In this document: one piece after another, positions 48,624-60,438 of the stretch
Numbering within the stretch: position 1 is the first letter of the stretch
Layout of the letters: each line of letters begins with the position of its first letter
Assembly: GCA_963931445.1 (NCBI GenBank)
Contig: OZ007016.1
Coordinates: forward strand, 1,546-65,545
Direction of reading: 5' to 3'
Source: an uncultured Clostridia bacterium
Lineage (GTDB): Bacteria > Bacillota > Clostridia > TANB77 > CAG-508
DNA: 64,000 bases
The notes under the pieces: generated by a model
Seen by the model: the letters and a program-made list of their open reading frames with translations, nothing else
What the model was told of the DNA's origin: nothing
Databases searched by the model: none
Translations under genes and position numbers: made by a program

Positions 48624-51120
48624 TTATTTCTTACTTATTTTAGCTACTATAACGCTCATGTCATCTTTTTGTTTTCCAAAATCATTATCTATTGCTTCTT
48701 TAATTATAATATCTGCAATTTTTTGTGCATCATCAGTTTCTAAATCTTCTATTAAATATCTAAGCCATAATTGTTTATTCAAATATTCTTTATTAGAATC
48801 TATTACTCCATCAGTACACATTACAAGTATGTCCCCATCTTGTAAATCATAATCATATACTACTAAATCTAATTCATTTAGTATTCCAGTTGGAAGTGAA
48901 ACTGATTTTAGTAATTGTACATTTCTTCCTCTTTTTATATATGTTGGACAAGCACCATTTTTTATAAATTCCATGTTTCCATTATATAAATCTAAAATTT
49001 CAATATCTAATGTTGCATACATATCATCTTTGCTATTTGCAGATAATGTTGAGTTTATTAATTTTAAAGATACATCTTTTTCAAAACCTGCAGTTAATAA
49101 TCTTTCTAGCATCTTTGTTGCAATTTTACTACTTTTCATAGCTTCAGGGCCAGAGCCCATACCATCACTTAATGCTAATAAATATTTTCCATCTTGTAAT
49201 TTTATTTGTAAACTACTATCTCCTGAAACTGGCGAACCACATTTAGTAGATTTTGCAGTTCCTATTTGTATGTAATATTTATCATCAGAAATATATGTAA
49301 ATTTGCATATATCTCTTTCTAATCTTAATCCACACTCTTGGTTTTGTATAGTCAAGTCTTGTTTTAATACTTTATTTATTATTTTATTTATTTTCTTTAT
49401 ATCACATTCTGTACCATCTGTATTATTACAAGTATCAGTATAAACATCTACTAAATATCTACCAGAACTTTTTTTCTTTATTTCTATATTTTTTACTTCT
49501 ATTTCTTTTTGTTCTAATAATTTAAATATTTCTTTTTTCTCCGTAGCAAATTCATCTTCTTCTTTGCTTATATCTTCCGCCATTTTAGAAATAACTTCTG
49601 ATACTCCTTTTAACTGTTCAGATATATTTTTTTTGCTCTCATCAAATTTCTTTTTCCATATAAAGTTTATTTTGCTTACTCTATATGAGTAATTTATTGC
49701 TTTAACAATTTTGTTTATGTCTTCATTTGCTTTACTTTTTGTATTGTCAAATCCTACAATATAGTTATTATTTTTTTCTAATATTTTAATTAATTCTTTT
49801 TCTGTTATTACATCATTTTTTAATAAATGTTCAAATATATCTGTTATTATTTCTTCTGTAGGATAATATATTTCATCATATAACATATTATCTTCTAATT
49901 GTTCTATATTTTTTTGTAATTCTTCTAAAAATATATCTATATTATTTTTTTCTTGTTCTTTTAGTTCCTTTTCATCTAAAATTGTTGCTGCCGCTTCACT
50001 ATAACTTTCTGCCATATCAAATATAGTATCTGAAATACTATTTAGTTTATATATTGTATCTTTGTTTTCTTCTAAATTTCTTTCTGTTGTTTCAGGCAAC
50101 ATTTTAGTATTTCCCATTAAATCTTCTATATTTATTTCTATATTTTTAGGAATTGCTAGCAAACCTAATGATGCAATTAATATTTCCTGAAATATTATAA
50201 TTTCTGATGTATTTCCATTTGTTACATAAGCTAAAATTACATTTCCTAATATAAAGCCTACTATAACTCCTATTCTTCCTAATTTATTTAACAATCCTGC
50301 TATTAGCCCGTGAAATTGCATATGCTGTAATCATTATTGGCTCTGTACCAGTTATAACTCCAAGTACTACTCCTATTGTTATTCCTCCAGTTGCTCCTAC
50401 TAGCATTCCATTTTTCCAACCCAATACTAATACAATTAAAATACTTAAAATATTTTTAATAGAAAAAGCAAAAATATTAAAATTATCAAATACTGTTACT
50501 GTTATTGCAAGTAATAAGCTTGTCCCTATTACTTCTTCAATTGTAAATGCTCTTTTTGTTCTAAAATCTATAATCATTGTTATAGAATTAGTAAAAATTT
50601 TATAGAAAATATATGTAGTCATGCTAAGCATTATACTAGTTAGTAAATCAAAAACATAAAATGTTTTAAAAAACATTGGAACTAATTGTACCAATAATGT
50701 AGCAAAAAATAAGTGCAACCCTATTTTCATTTTTTCATTTATATTTTCTTGAATTACAGGTCTTATAACTAAAATTAATGAAAAGAATACTAATGAAGTT
50801 ATAAAATATATTAATAAATTATTTAATCCAAATTTAATAAATGTTCCTACTAGTGTTAAAACATATATTATTCCTATTGGCCTATTATTACTTAGTGCAC
50901 TAGCCACAATTGCTAATGCAAATGGTGTTATTGAAAACATAAAATTGTTTTTATCAAAACTAACCATCGATATTAAAAATGATACTATATATAAAATTAT
51001 ATTTTCTTTTGCAAATAATTTTTTTAACACATCCTTTGTATTAACTTTTTTATTTTCTTCAACATATTCATTTTGATTTTTTAATGATTCCCCACTTATA
51101 TTTTGGAACATAGTAACCAC
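48624..51120 (-). pseudogene. spoIIE: Stage II sporulation protein E (SpoIIE PP2C phosphatase) split by an apparent frameshift at about 50284-50321.
   Basis: ORF 50284..51120 encodes the multi-TM N-terminal region. ORF 48624..50321 encodes the remaining TMs plus the PP2C domain (ALSDGMGSGPEAMKSS, GTAKSTKCGSPVSGD, VMCTDGVIDS). The two ORFs overlap by 38 nt in different frames. Confidence 0.65.
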
Positions 51121-51458
51121 CTCTACTTTTTTATTTATGCATTAATGTTTTATTTTAAGTCTTCTTTTGTATTAATAGCATTTCTTAATGCTATTTTATT
51201 ATAGCTTTTAAAAAAATATTTTTTTGTCACATTTAATCCATAATATAAAAAAGTTTTTTACAAAATGTGATGTGCTTTCCATATTTTCAATATTTTATGC
51301 CTATTATTTTATATCAAAATAACTTTTTTTTCAATATTTTATTGAATTATAGTAAAAAATAGCAAAAATTAGTGTTACTGTTAAGTGTATTAAATATCTG
51401 GAATATCTATTCAAAAATAGGAAGCAACTAAATTAGCTACTTCCTATTTTTTTAAATA

Positions 51459-54400
51459 TTATTTTTTAGTTTTTAATACTTTTGTTTTTATTATTATTAT
51501 TCCTGCTATAAGTACAATTAGAACAATTATTGCTGAAATAATATAAATAATTGTATTATCACCAAATGGAGTAAGTATTATAATTCTTTCTGCTCTAGAA
51601 CTATCAACTTCTGCTGGTTCTTTTGTTGGATCTTGATTTCCTACTATTGAGAATGCCATTCTTCTTCCTACTGTGTTACTTGTTTTAACTATTTCTACTA
51701 TATTTTTATAAGTTAATTCATCTTCTGAATTATCTCTTGTAATTACTTCACTTAAAGTTAATTTTTGTGAATCTGTTTCTTCCCCTGGGGTTAATGCTGT
51801 TCCTAATTTATTAGTTGTAATTATATAATTAAATTTATTTACACTTTCTGTTAAATTTGTATTTACTAAATTTCCTAATAAAGATGTTTTATCTATATTG
51901 CTCCAGTCTGTATTGTCTGTATTATTTTTATCAAATTTAAAGTTATTTGATATATAATCTATTACTTGATCTGCACTTGTTGTTACTATATCAGTTCCTT
52001 TTGTTCCTATATAATAGAAATTTTTGTTATTATAGTCTTTTTCTCCAACATTTTTAACTTTAACTGCATAAGTTGTTTCTATTGTTGCACCATGCATTAA
52101 TTCTTCATCCATTGTTAATTGTATTAGTCCATGGTCATTATTGTTTACAATATTATCTACTTCTTCTCTATATGAATACCTATTTTTATTTTCTTCTCCA
52201 TAATAGTCTTCATATTTTTTAGTTTCTTCTAATTTTTTATAACCTAAAAGTGATTTCTCTGCTTTTTCATCTAAGTTATATTGTTCATGTTTTCTCCATA
52301 AAACATTATTTGCTTTATCTTCTACATCAAATAATATTGTTCCATTTGCTAAAGTTACTTTAATATGTGTTACTTTTTTGTCTATTTCTAATTGTGCTTT
52401 TGGTCTTTCCTCTAGACCTAAATCTATTCCATCTAAACTATATGCAGGATTTCCACTACCTATTGTAGTTTGTGTATTTTTTTCTACTTCTACAACAATA
52501 ACACCTGTTTCAGCTACCATATATGTATTTTTAGCAAGTTCTTGTTGTAAATCTTTATTTCCAGTATATGGTGATGCTAATATTTCTGCTTTATTGTTAG
52601 TTACTTCACTGTTACTGTAATTAATTACAGTTTCTCTTCTCTTCCATATATCTTTTGCATCTGATACATTTTTTCCTTCTGAAGCAGCTATATCATACCC
52701 ATAACTTTCTGATTCATTTTGATTTTCTATGTCTTTATATCCATCATATTTTCCATCAATGTCCGTATGTTCTTTTTGTTCTATTCCTGCTTGATATGTA
52801 GTAGATTTAAAGTCTTGTCCATTATATATGTCTCCTGCATTATTTCCATAGGTAAATCTTACTATATAATCTCCTGGTATATAACCACTAAATTCATAAT
52901 TTCCATTATCTTTTGTTGCTTGTGCTTCTTGCCATTTAATGTAGTTTCCTTTGGCAGTTTTTATTAATAGTTCAACTGTAATTCCTCCTACACCTTTTTC
53001 TTTATCTTCTCTTAATCCATTACCTATAATTGCTCCATCTAAATCTTGTGTTTTAGTTCTTTCATCTTCCCAAACATTTCCGTTTATTTTTCTTGATTCT
53101 TGTAATAAATTAACATTTAAAGCTGGTGCTTTGTCTTCATCATCTTCTTGTGGCCCTTGTTCTTTATTATAATTGTTTGGTATAGAATCCTTATCTACTC
53201 TTCCTGCTATTACATCATTTGATGTTATCTCATAATTATTTTCTCCATAATGTGGTAATATTGTTCCTTGTTTATAATATGTTTTAAATGCTCCTATTTC
53301 TACTGCATTTTCTTTTTCGCCTAATTCTATTTTACCTTCATTATTAGAATTTAGTTTAAATGTTAGATATAAATATACTGTTTCTCCTGTAGCTTGTTTT
53401 TTACCAACATCAATTTCCAATTTATTATCCTTATTACTTAATACATTAATCTTTTCTAAGTTTTCATCTAAAAGTTTACCCTGTGCCATAGCATCTTGTA
53501 ATTTATTTAATGTTTCTTCATCTGTTTTATAGTTTGTATTACTTTGCCATGATAAACCTTCTTCAAATGTAAATGTATTATCATAATAGTCATATAGTTT
53601 TGTTACATGTCCTAACATAGATTGTGATTGATTTCTTACTGCTATTTTATATGTAACATATACTTCTAGTAATTGGTTACTTACTTCTTCTTTATTATAA
53701 TTTTGCCCTGTGTAGTTATAATCTGATGGATCTAGCCCTCTTTCATAACCTCCTACAATATTAATGTTCCAAGTATCTCCTGTTTCCCCATCATTGTTTC
53801 CTATATTTCTTTGGTCATAACCATATACTTGTGTTTTTCCATTTATTTTAACTGTTGCTATATATAAGTCTTTCTTTAATGCCATATCAAATTCTATTCT
53901 TCTTGTAATACCAAAGTCTATTTCTTTTTGACTATCTCCTTCTTTATATATAGCATGATATGTTACTCCATTAAATTCAACATCTTCTTCTCCTATAACA
54001 AATGTATCATATTTTGGGTATGTTTGTAATCCGTTTAAACCATCTGAACCAGTATATGCTGATATTCCAAATAATTCATTTGGCATATATCTTTGTTCTG
54101 ATTCCCAATTTAAATCTTCTAAAGTATATCCTTCATCACCATCTATTTCTTCGAATTTTTTGTTAAATTCATCTCTATCTTTCATAGATTCTGTTGCATT
54201 TGAATATCCACCTGCTAAATTATTATTATATATTGTATTTTGATATTGTTGGCCATTATATTCGAACTGTACATAGTATTTATCTAAAACATATAAATCA
54301 GTAAATTTATATTCTCCTGAAGTATCTGTTGTTGTTTGTGCAACTACTGTTCCATCTTCTTTATATAATGTAACAGGTATTCCTACTACAGGTGGCTCTC

Positions 54401-55637
54401 CTTCATCTTGTATACCATTAAGTTCATTTTCCTTACCTGCTCTTACATCTTCCCAAACATTTCCACCTAATTCCATTATAATTTCTGTTGGTTCAAATTC
54501 TATTTCTTCTTCATATATTGTTCTTACAGCATCCATACATCTAACTGGTTGTGGGCTTCCTACTTGTTCTAAATCAAAGTCTACTCTACAACTATGCAAG
54601 CTTCCTGAATCACAACAAGAATATTCGTCATTATTATAATCATCATATTCAGATATTGAAACTACATATTGATGTCCAACAAAATCTGCATATACTCCTG
54701 ATGCTAACATATATTCAAATTTAACTTTTATTGATACAGATTTTATTTCTGAATCTTCCGGAACAGTAAATACAACTTGAAATTCTTCTCCTGGTTCTGG
54801 ATATGTTTGCTCTGCTCTATCTACTTTATTACCATCTGGCGTAAAATAGTGAATATTACTTACTAGTTCATCACCTATTATTAATCCTGAAATAGGTATT
54901 TCTGTTCCATTATCTGCAACAACTAATATTTCTGATATTCCTCCAAAAGTTATATCTCCATAATTTCCATTATCATAATTTATTGAATATGGTCCTAATA
55001 TAATTTGTTTTGAAGAACTATTTACTTTCGCTATAGCATCTCCACTACCAGATGGATTTAATCCATCTTTTGCTTGTGCAGCATAGGCTGCATATTTTTC
55101 TGCTTCTGCAATTAGTGCTTTACCTGCATCTCCCATTCCATCATGGTCATGTGCTCCTGCACCTCCCCATATAGCATGTTGTTTAACTTCTGACCATCCA
55201 CTACCATCATGAGAAACAATGTATGCATCTTTATCTGAAAGAGTTCCTTCTCCTGATTTTTTGTATAGTGGATTTGTTAATTTTCCATTTAAACTCCAAT
55301 CAAATGGAACTGATGCATGAGCATGACTACCATAATATGTACCAACATATTTTTCGGCTTCATAATATGATATATCTCCCATTTTGGTATCTACCCCAGC
55401 TCCTACACAGAAGAATGGATAACCTCCATATAATGGTATATGGTGCTCACTTTCTATTCCTGTTGGTTCAAATTCTGAACCTGTAAAAATATTATATTTT
55501 ATACCATCACCAGAGTTTAATTTTTTAGATGGAATTATTGAGTTTATTGATTCTTGCTTAAAATTAAGTATTACAAATATGGTACTAATTGCTAATAAAA
55601 TTAATACAAGTATAATACTTAAGTATTTTTTCTTCAT
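51459..55637 (-). CDS. Giant surface protein (1392 aa) with Cna-B/SdrD-B-like domains and a C-terminal membrane anchor.
   Basis: N-terminal signal peptide. GGNVWEDVRAGKEN and NGNVWEDERTK repeats with YIPGDYIVRFTYGN (Cna-B type). C-terminal hydrophobic helix plus a KTKK tail. Confidence 0.7.
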   Translation of the reverse strand: MKKKYLSIILVLILLAISTIFVILNFKQESINSIIPSKKLNSGDGIKYNIFTGSEFEPTGIESEHHIPLYGGYPFFCVGAGVDTKMGDISYYEAEKYVGTYYGSHAHASVPFDWSLNGKLTNPLYKKSGEGTLSDKDAYIVSHDGSGWSEVKQHAIWGGAGAHDHDGMGDAGKALIAEAEKYAAYAAQAKDGLNPSGSGDAIAKVNSSSKQIILGPYSINYDNGNYGDITFGGISEILVVADNGTEIPISGLIIGDELVSNIHYFTPDGNKVDRAEQTYPEPGEEFQVVFTVPEDSEIKSVSIKVKFEYMLASGVYADFVGHQYVVSISEYDDYNNDEYSCCDSGSLHSCRVDFDLEQVGSPQPVRCMDAVRTIYEEEIEFEPTEIIMELGGNVWEDVRAGKENELNGIQDEGEPPVVGIPVTLYKEDGTVVAQTTTDTSGEYKFTDLYVLDKYYVQFEYNGQQYQNTIYNNNLAGGYSNATESMKDRDEFNKKFEEIDGDEGYTLEDLNWESEQRYMPNELFGISAYTGSDGLNGLQTYPKYDTFVIGEEDVEFNGVTYHAIYKEGDSQKEIDFGITRRIEFDMALKKDLYIATVKINGKTQVYGYDQRNIGNNDGETGDTWNINIVGGYERGLDPSDYNYTGQNYNKEEVSNQLLEVYVTYKIAVRNQSQSMLGHVTKLYDYYDNTFTFEEGLSWQSNTNYKTDEETLNKLQDAMAQGKLLDENLEKINVLSNKDNKLEIDVGKKQATGETVYLYLTFKLNSNNEGKIELGEKENAVEIGAFKTYYKQGTILPHYGENNYEITSNDVIAGRVDKDSIPNNYNKEQGPQEDDEDKAPALNVNLLQESRKINGNVWEDERTKTQDLDGAIIGNGLREDKEKGVGGITVELLIKTAKGNYIKWQEAQATKDNGNYEFSGYIPGDYIVRFTYGNNAGDIYNGQDFKSTTYQAGIEQKEHTDIDGKYDGYKDIENQNESESYGYDIAASEGKNVSDAKDIWKRRETVINYSNSEVTNNKAEILASPYTGNKDLQQELAKNTYMVAETGVIVVEVEKNTQTTIGSGNPAYSLDGIDLGLEERPKAQLEIDKKVTHIKVTLANGTILFDVEDKANNVLWRKHEQYNLDEKAEKSLLGYKKLEETKKYEDYYGEENKNRYSYREEVDNIVNNNDHGLIQLTMDEELMHGATIETTYAVKVKNVGEKDYNNKNFYYIGTKGTDIVTTSADQVIDYISNNFKFDKNNTDNTDWSNIDKTSLLGNLVNTNLTESVNKFNYIITTNKLGTALTPGEETDSQKLTLSEVITRDNSEDELTYKNIVEIVKTSNTVGRRMAFSIVGNQDPTKEPAEVDSSRAERIIILTPFGDNTIIYIISAIIVLIVLIAGIIIIKTKVLKTKK

Positions 55638-55649
55638 AACTCATCCTCC

Positions 55650-58600
55650 TTATATTTTTCCTCTTCTAATTAAACTATTACTTTTTGTTAATATTTTTTT
55701 CTTTATTCCATATATACCTAATCCTATTATAGTAGCAATACCAATAATTATTGTTATATAAAATATTGGTCCACCTGTTACAATTCCTACTAAAATTTCT
55801 ACTTTAGATATATCATCTTCTGTTTCTTGTTTATTTCCTGGAGTTGAATCTATATCATCCACTCCAATAGGATTATATGCTTCATATATTTCTGCATTAT
55901 TTTCTAAAATTCCTAAAGTATCTTCTGTTATTTTCATGCTAACAATTAAATTTACTTCTTTTTCTTCTCCTGGATTAATAATTTCATTTTCTAAACTTGT
56001 ATTATATATTTCTCCTGTATTAGATAAATACCAATCTGTATTTAAATCTGTTGAAAATTTTACATCTTCTGGTAAATAATCCACTATTTTTTTAGCATAT
56101 CCACTAATTTCTCCTTCGTTTTTTATAACAATTCTGTATTCAATTACAATGTCACTATTTCCAACATTTCTTTCTAGTACATCTATTTTAGTTAATTGTT
56201 CTTTATTATATGAATATGTTTTAGTACCTATTGTTGGAGTTGTTAATGTAATTTTATTTACATACTTAGCTAATGATAAGTCAAATTTTTGTGATACATA
56301 TAATCCAATATCTATATCTCTAACATTAGAATTTGTTATTTTAATCTCATCTGATATAGCAACTAATCTTCTTTCTCCTGTAATTTCAGAATTCATAACA
56401 ATTACATCTGAATTTAAAGAATCGCTAACACCCTTTGCTTTATAATCTGTTACTGAGTATTTAGATGAATCATATAAAAATACTACTATGTATTCTCCTT
56501 TTTCAAGATTTTGGAACTCATATTTACCTTCATTATTAGTAGTTGTTCTTTTTTCTTCATTTGTTTCTTTATCTTTAACTATTTCATTATTACTATTTAA
56601 TAATATTACTGAAATATTTGATAATAATTCTTCTCCATCTTCTCTTTTGCCATTTTTATTTGCATCAACCCAAGCTGTACCAGATATTTTAAATCTTTGG
56701 TCTGGATTTGTTGGATTCTCTGAATCTGGGTTTTCTGGATCTGGATTTTCTTCTCCTCCATCTCCTGTAGTTTGATGTTTGTCTGGATCATACTCAACTA
56801 TATTTGTAACTACATTACTTTTAATTTCGGAAATATTTTCTGCATAAATACTTACATCATTTTTTATTTCTTTATCATCTTTACTATTTAATAAATTAGC
56901 TTTTACTATAATTGTAACTTCTGAAGATTCTTCAGATTCTAAGTATGGTATTAATATATTTATTTTTCCTTCTGATAAATTCGTAATTAATACTTCTGTA
57001 TTGTTTTTTCCATATGTATATATAGCTTTTTCAAATTCTAATCCTTCTGGTACTTGGCTTACTATATTTACATTTTGTGCTGTAGCTAAACCTTTATTTT
57101 TTATATTAATTTTATAAGTTATTAATTCTCCTTCTTTTACATATTTAGGAGTTGATGTTAATTCAGAAACTTCTAATTCTGCTTTTGCTACTTTGTGTTC
57201 TGATATGTTTGAATATGTAATTTCATTTCCATTTATGTTTGCATCTGCAATAATAGAAATTTCATCCATATCCTCATTAATTTTTGTATTTACTGTTATA
57301 TATTTAAACTTATCTATTTTATCTATTTGTATTAAAACATTATTTGTGTTTTCATCATATACTATGCCTTCGGTTGTTTCTTCTCCTGTTCTTCCATCTT
57401 CAATAGTTGCACTTTCACAAATTAGACCTTTAGGTAATGGGAGATTTACATTTACTGAATCTATACTTGGATTTTCAGAAATATTTTTTAATATAATTTT
57501 ATATTGTATAGTATCATTTTTAGTTAAAATATTTGTTTCTGGAACATTTGATATTAATTTAAGTGCTATATTTCCCTCATTAATTTGTGTATCAAATGTG
57601 CTTGTTATTTCTGTATTTTCTAATTCATCAGATTTTAATTTTGTCTCTATTTTTGCATTTACTGGATATTTATCACTTGAAAGCATTCCATATTGTACAT
57701 AAAACTCAATTTCTTTTGTTTCATTTAAATCTAATTTTCCTACTTCTAATGTTTTAGAATTTATGCTTTCATCATAAAATCCATTTCCTGGTGCATATTC
57801 TGTAAAAGTTGCTCCTTCTGGTAAATTAATAGTTATATTAGTATTATTTGAAATAACACTTCCTATATTTTTTATTATTGCATTATATTTTACAATTTGT
57901 CCTTCTCTTACTTCATTTACAGTTGATTTAAGTTCAACTGATAAATCTGGTCCAACACCTGTTGTTAATTTTAATAATGCTGATTCTTTTTCTTCTATTT
58001 TACTTCCAACAATTGAATCATTAATATAATAAGTTTTAAACATTTGTGATGTATTTTGTGAATATTTTAAGTTATTTGGTATTTCAATTTTATAAGTGAA
58101 ATCTATATTTTCACCTTGTTTTAATGTATAATCATTAAATACAATTAAATATGCTTTAGTATTGTTAGTTATATTTTCAGTCCATTTGTTGTTTTCATTT
58201 GTTAAATCCTTTGTTGCTGATGAATTTTCTGTATAATATACTTTATAATTTTTTACATCTATATTATCTAATTTTAGTTCTTCAACAACTTTAGCTGTAA
58301 ATGTTGCTTCTAATTTTTCATTACTATCTATTTCATTATTATTAGTTGTTGGGAATTTACCTAATACTGAAATATTACTAATATCATTAGAATAATTATT
58401 TATAATTTTCCCTTTTACTGTTGCTGTTCTACTATTTGAATATGCTTCAATTTCTATTTCTTTATTTTCTCCAGATAATGCTAATACTTCATTTTTATTT
58501 TCCATATAATTTGAAATACTATTTGCAAGTATTATTCCACTAGGAGATACTATTTTTACATCTGTGCTAACTTTACCTGTGTTATTTTGTGCTAGAGCAT

Positions 58601-60170
58601 TTTTATTTGTGTATTCTAATGTAATTTTGTCTGTCATACTAGGTGCTAAATTATATACTGTAATATCTGTATTTAGTATAATTGTTGTTCCTTTATATTG
58701 ATTATTTATTGTATAATCTTTTTGTATTCCTTCTAATGTAATATATATATTGTTATTTTCTCCTTCTTTTTTTACTTCTGATTTTTTAATTTTTAGACCA
58801 TTGTCCATTAATATATTTGTATTTTTTATACTTAATTCTGATATACTTTCTGGTAATTGTATTTTTAAAGTAGGGTTATCAAATAATGCATTACTTGTAG
58901 TAGATGTATCTAATATTACTCTAATTTCCACATTTTCATTTTTTATTACAGAAGATAAATTTTTTCTATCTATTTCAATACTTGCAACTGTTTCTTGTTC
59001 TTTTAATAAAATATTCTTTGTTAAACTTAGTTCATCTTGTGTTATTATTTTTGAATTAATTTGTAATTGTTTTATTTGTTTAATTTCATTTAAAGATATA
59101 TTTGAATTATTTTTTAATTCTTTTTCTATTTCTATTTCATAATTACCAATATTTTGTATTGTACTTGTTTCAATTTTTATATTTTTATCAAATGAGCTAA
59201 TGTCTAATACATAATTGTTGTTATCATCTTTATTAGTGTTTTTATCTATTCTAGCTAATTCTTCATCTTCTTTATTTTTTATTAAAATTATTCCATCTTC
59301 TCCTAGCATTTTTTCAAAATCACTAGATAGTATTTTTAAATTTTTATTAGATAATAAATTATTTAGTTTAATTTCTTCATTATTTTCATCTAAAAATTTC
59401 TCATCTTCTTCAATTATTTCTATTTTATTCATTATGTCTTTGTCAATAATATTTATTGAATACTTTGCTGAAAAATTAGTACTAAAATCTTTTTGTTGTA
59501 ATATATTAGCATATAAGTTTCCTTTTGAAATCTCGTTTTCCACATTTAATTGTGCATCTGTTAATATATTTCTAAATTCACTAATTTCTATAGTATTTTC
59601 AATATTTTTTTCTATAATTTGATTACTATTTTCAAGTTCATTTGCAATTATTTTAGAATTAATATTTGAATTAATTTCATTTATAGAATATATTTCTTCT
59701 CCTTCATAAAAGAAATTTAAAATATATTCGCTTTTTAAAGTGTTTTCTTCTGAATTCTTTTCTCCTATTAACTTTAATTCAATAGTATCTTGCTCTGTAC
59801 TATATAAATTATTATTTTCTTGCTCTAAACTATTTTTTTCAAAAACAGTTAAATAATTAGGACTAATTTCACCTAATTTTGGAACTTTAATATTTAGTTT
59901 AATATTATCATCAAAATTACTTATATTATTTATATCTATTAAAATATTAGTTTGTAAAACAATACCATATTTTTCTACAATATGATATTTTGTAGCTTTT
60001 GATGATCCATAACTTATATTTATATCATCTTCATAAGCTTTTTTTACTTCTTCTATTTCATTATCTATTGCATAAGATATTGTAAAATTGCCCATTAATG
60101 TTATTAAATTAATTCCTATTATACATAATATTAATAAGATTGAAATTATTTTATTAGATTTATTTGACAT
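55650..60170 (-). CDS. Giant surface adhesin (1506 aa) with DUF11-type repeats and one Cna-B domain.
   Basis: Signal peptide. Repeated ~100-aa beta-sandwich repeats. ISGTAWVDANKNGKREDGE...EGKYEFQNLEKGEYIVVF (Cna-B). C-terminal TM plus a basic tail. Confidence 0.7.
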   Translation of the reverse strand: MSNKSNKIISILLILCIIGINLITLMGNFTISYAIDNEIEEVKKAYEDDINISYGSSKATKYHIVEKYGIVLQTNILIDINNISNFDDNIKLNIKVPKLGEISPNYLTVFEKNSLEQENNNLYSTEQDTIELKLIGEKNSEENTLKSEYILNFFYEGEEIYSINEINSNINSKIIANELENSNQIIEKNIENTIEISEFRNILTDAQLNVENEISKGNLYANILQQKDFSTNFSAKYSINIIDKDIMNKIEIIEEDEKFLDENNEEIKLNNLLSNKNLKILSSDFEKMLGEDGIILIKNKEDEELARIDKNTNKDDNNNYVLDISSFDKNIKIETSTIQNIGNYEIEIEKELKNNSNISLNEIKQIKQLQINSKIITQDELSLTKNILLKEQETVASIEIDRKNLSSVIKNENVEIRVILDTSTTSNALFDNPTLKIQLPESISELSIKNTNILMDNGLKIKKSEVKKEGENNNIYITLEGIQKDYTINNQYKGTTIILNTDITVYNLAPSMTDKITLEYTNKNALAQNNTGKVSTDVKIVSPSGIILANSISNYMENKNEVLALSGENKEIEIEAYSNSRTATVKGKIINNYSNDISNISVLGKFPTTNNNEIDSNEKLEATFTAKVVEELKLDNIDVKNYKVYYTENSSATKDLTNENNKWTENITNNTKAYLIVFNDYTLKQGENIDFTYKIEIPNNLKYSQNTSQMFKTYYINDSIVGSKIEEKESALLKLTTGVGPDLSVELKSTVNEVREGQIVKYNAIIKNIGSVISNNTNITINLPEGATFTEYAPGNGFYDESINSKTLEVGKLDLNETKEIEFYVQYGMLSSDKYPVNAKIETKLKSDELENTEITSTFDTQINEGNIALKLISNVPETNILTKNDTIQYKIILKNISENPSIDSVNVNLPLPKGLICESATIEDGRTGEETTEGIVYDENTNNVLIQIDKIDKFKYITVNTKINEDMDEISIIADANINGNEITYSNISEHKVAKAELEVSELTSTPKYVKEGELITYKINIKNKGLATAQNVNIVSQVPEGLEFEKAIYTYGKNNTEVLITNLSEGKINILIPYLESEESSEVTIIVKANLLNSKDDKEIKNDVSIYAENISEIKSNVVTNIVEYDPDKHQTTGDGGEENPDPENPDSENPTNPDQRFKISGTAWVDANKNGKREDGEELLSNISVILLNSNNEIVKDKETNEEKRTTTNNEGKYEFQNLEKGEYIVVFLYDSSKYSVTDYKAKGVSDSLNSDVIVMNSEITGERRLVAISDEIKITNSNVRDIDIGLYVSQKFDLSLAKYVNKITLTTPTIGTKTYSYNKEQLTKIDVLERNVGNSDIVIEYRIVIKNEGEISGYAKKIVDYLPEDVKFSTDLNTDWYLSNTGEIYNTSLENEIINPGEEKEVNLIVSMKITEDTLGILENNAEIYEAYNPIGVDDIDSTPGNKQETEDDISKVEILVGIVTGGPIFYITIIIGIATIIGLGIYGIKKKILTKSNSLIRRGKI

Positions 60171-60438
60171 AATTTTCCTCCTAAAAAGAACTTTACTATT
60201 ATATTATACGACATTTTTCCAGTATTTTCAAGACTTTTTGGAATTATTGTCAATAATTGATAATTTTTGATGTAAATTAAATTTTAAATCTATTTCAAAG
60301 CTATATAATGTATATTTTTTTAGTAATTTCTAAAAAAATTTACATTATATAGCTTTATAGATTTTAAAAATATTATTAATGAAATCAATGCAATAAAGGA
60401 TGACTTTACGCCATCCTTTATTCTATGTAATGCTTAAA

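Noticed and set aside
52378-59622. Numerous + strand ORFs (60-169 aa) inside the giant minus-strand adhesin genes.
   Set aside because: All are Ser/Phe/Leu/Ile-rich antisense frames of repetitive coding sequence, with no RBS.
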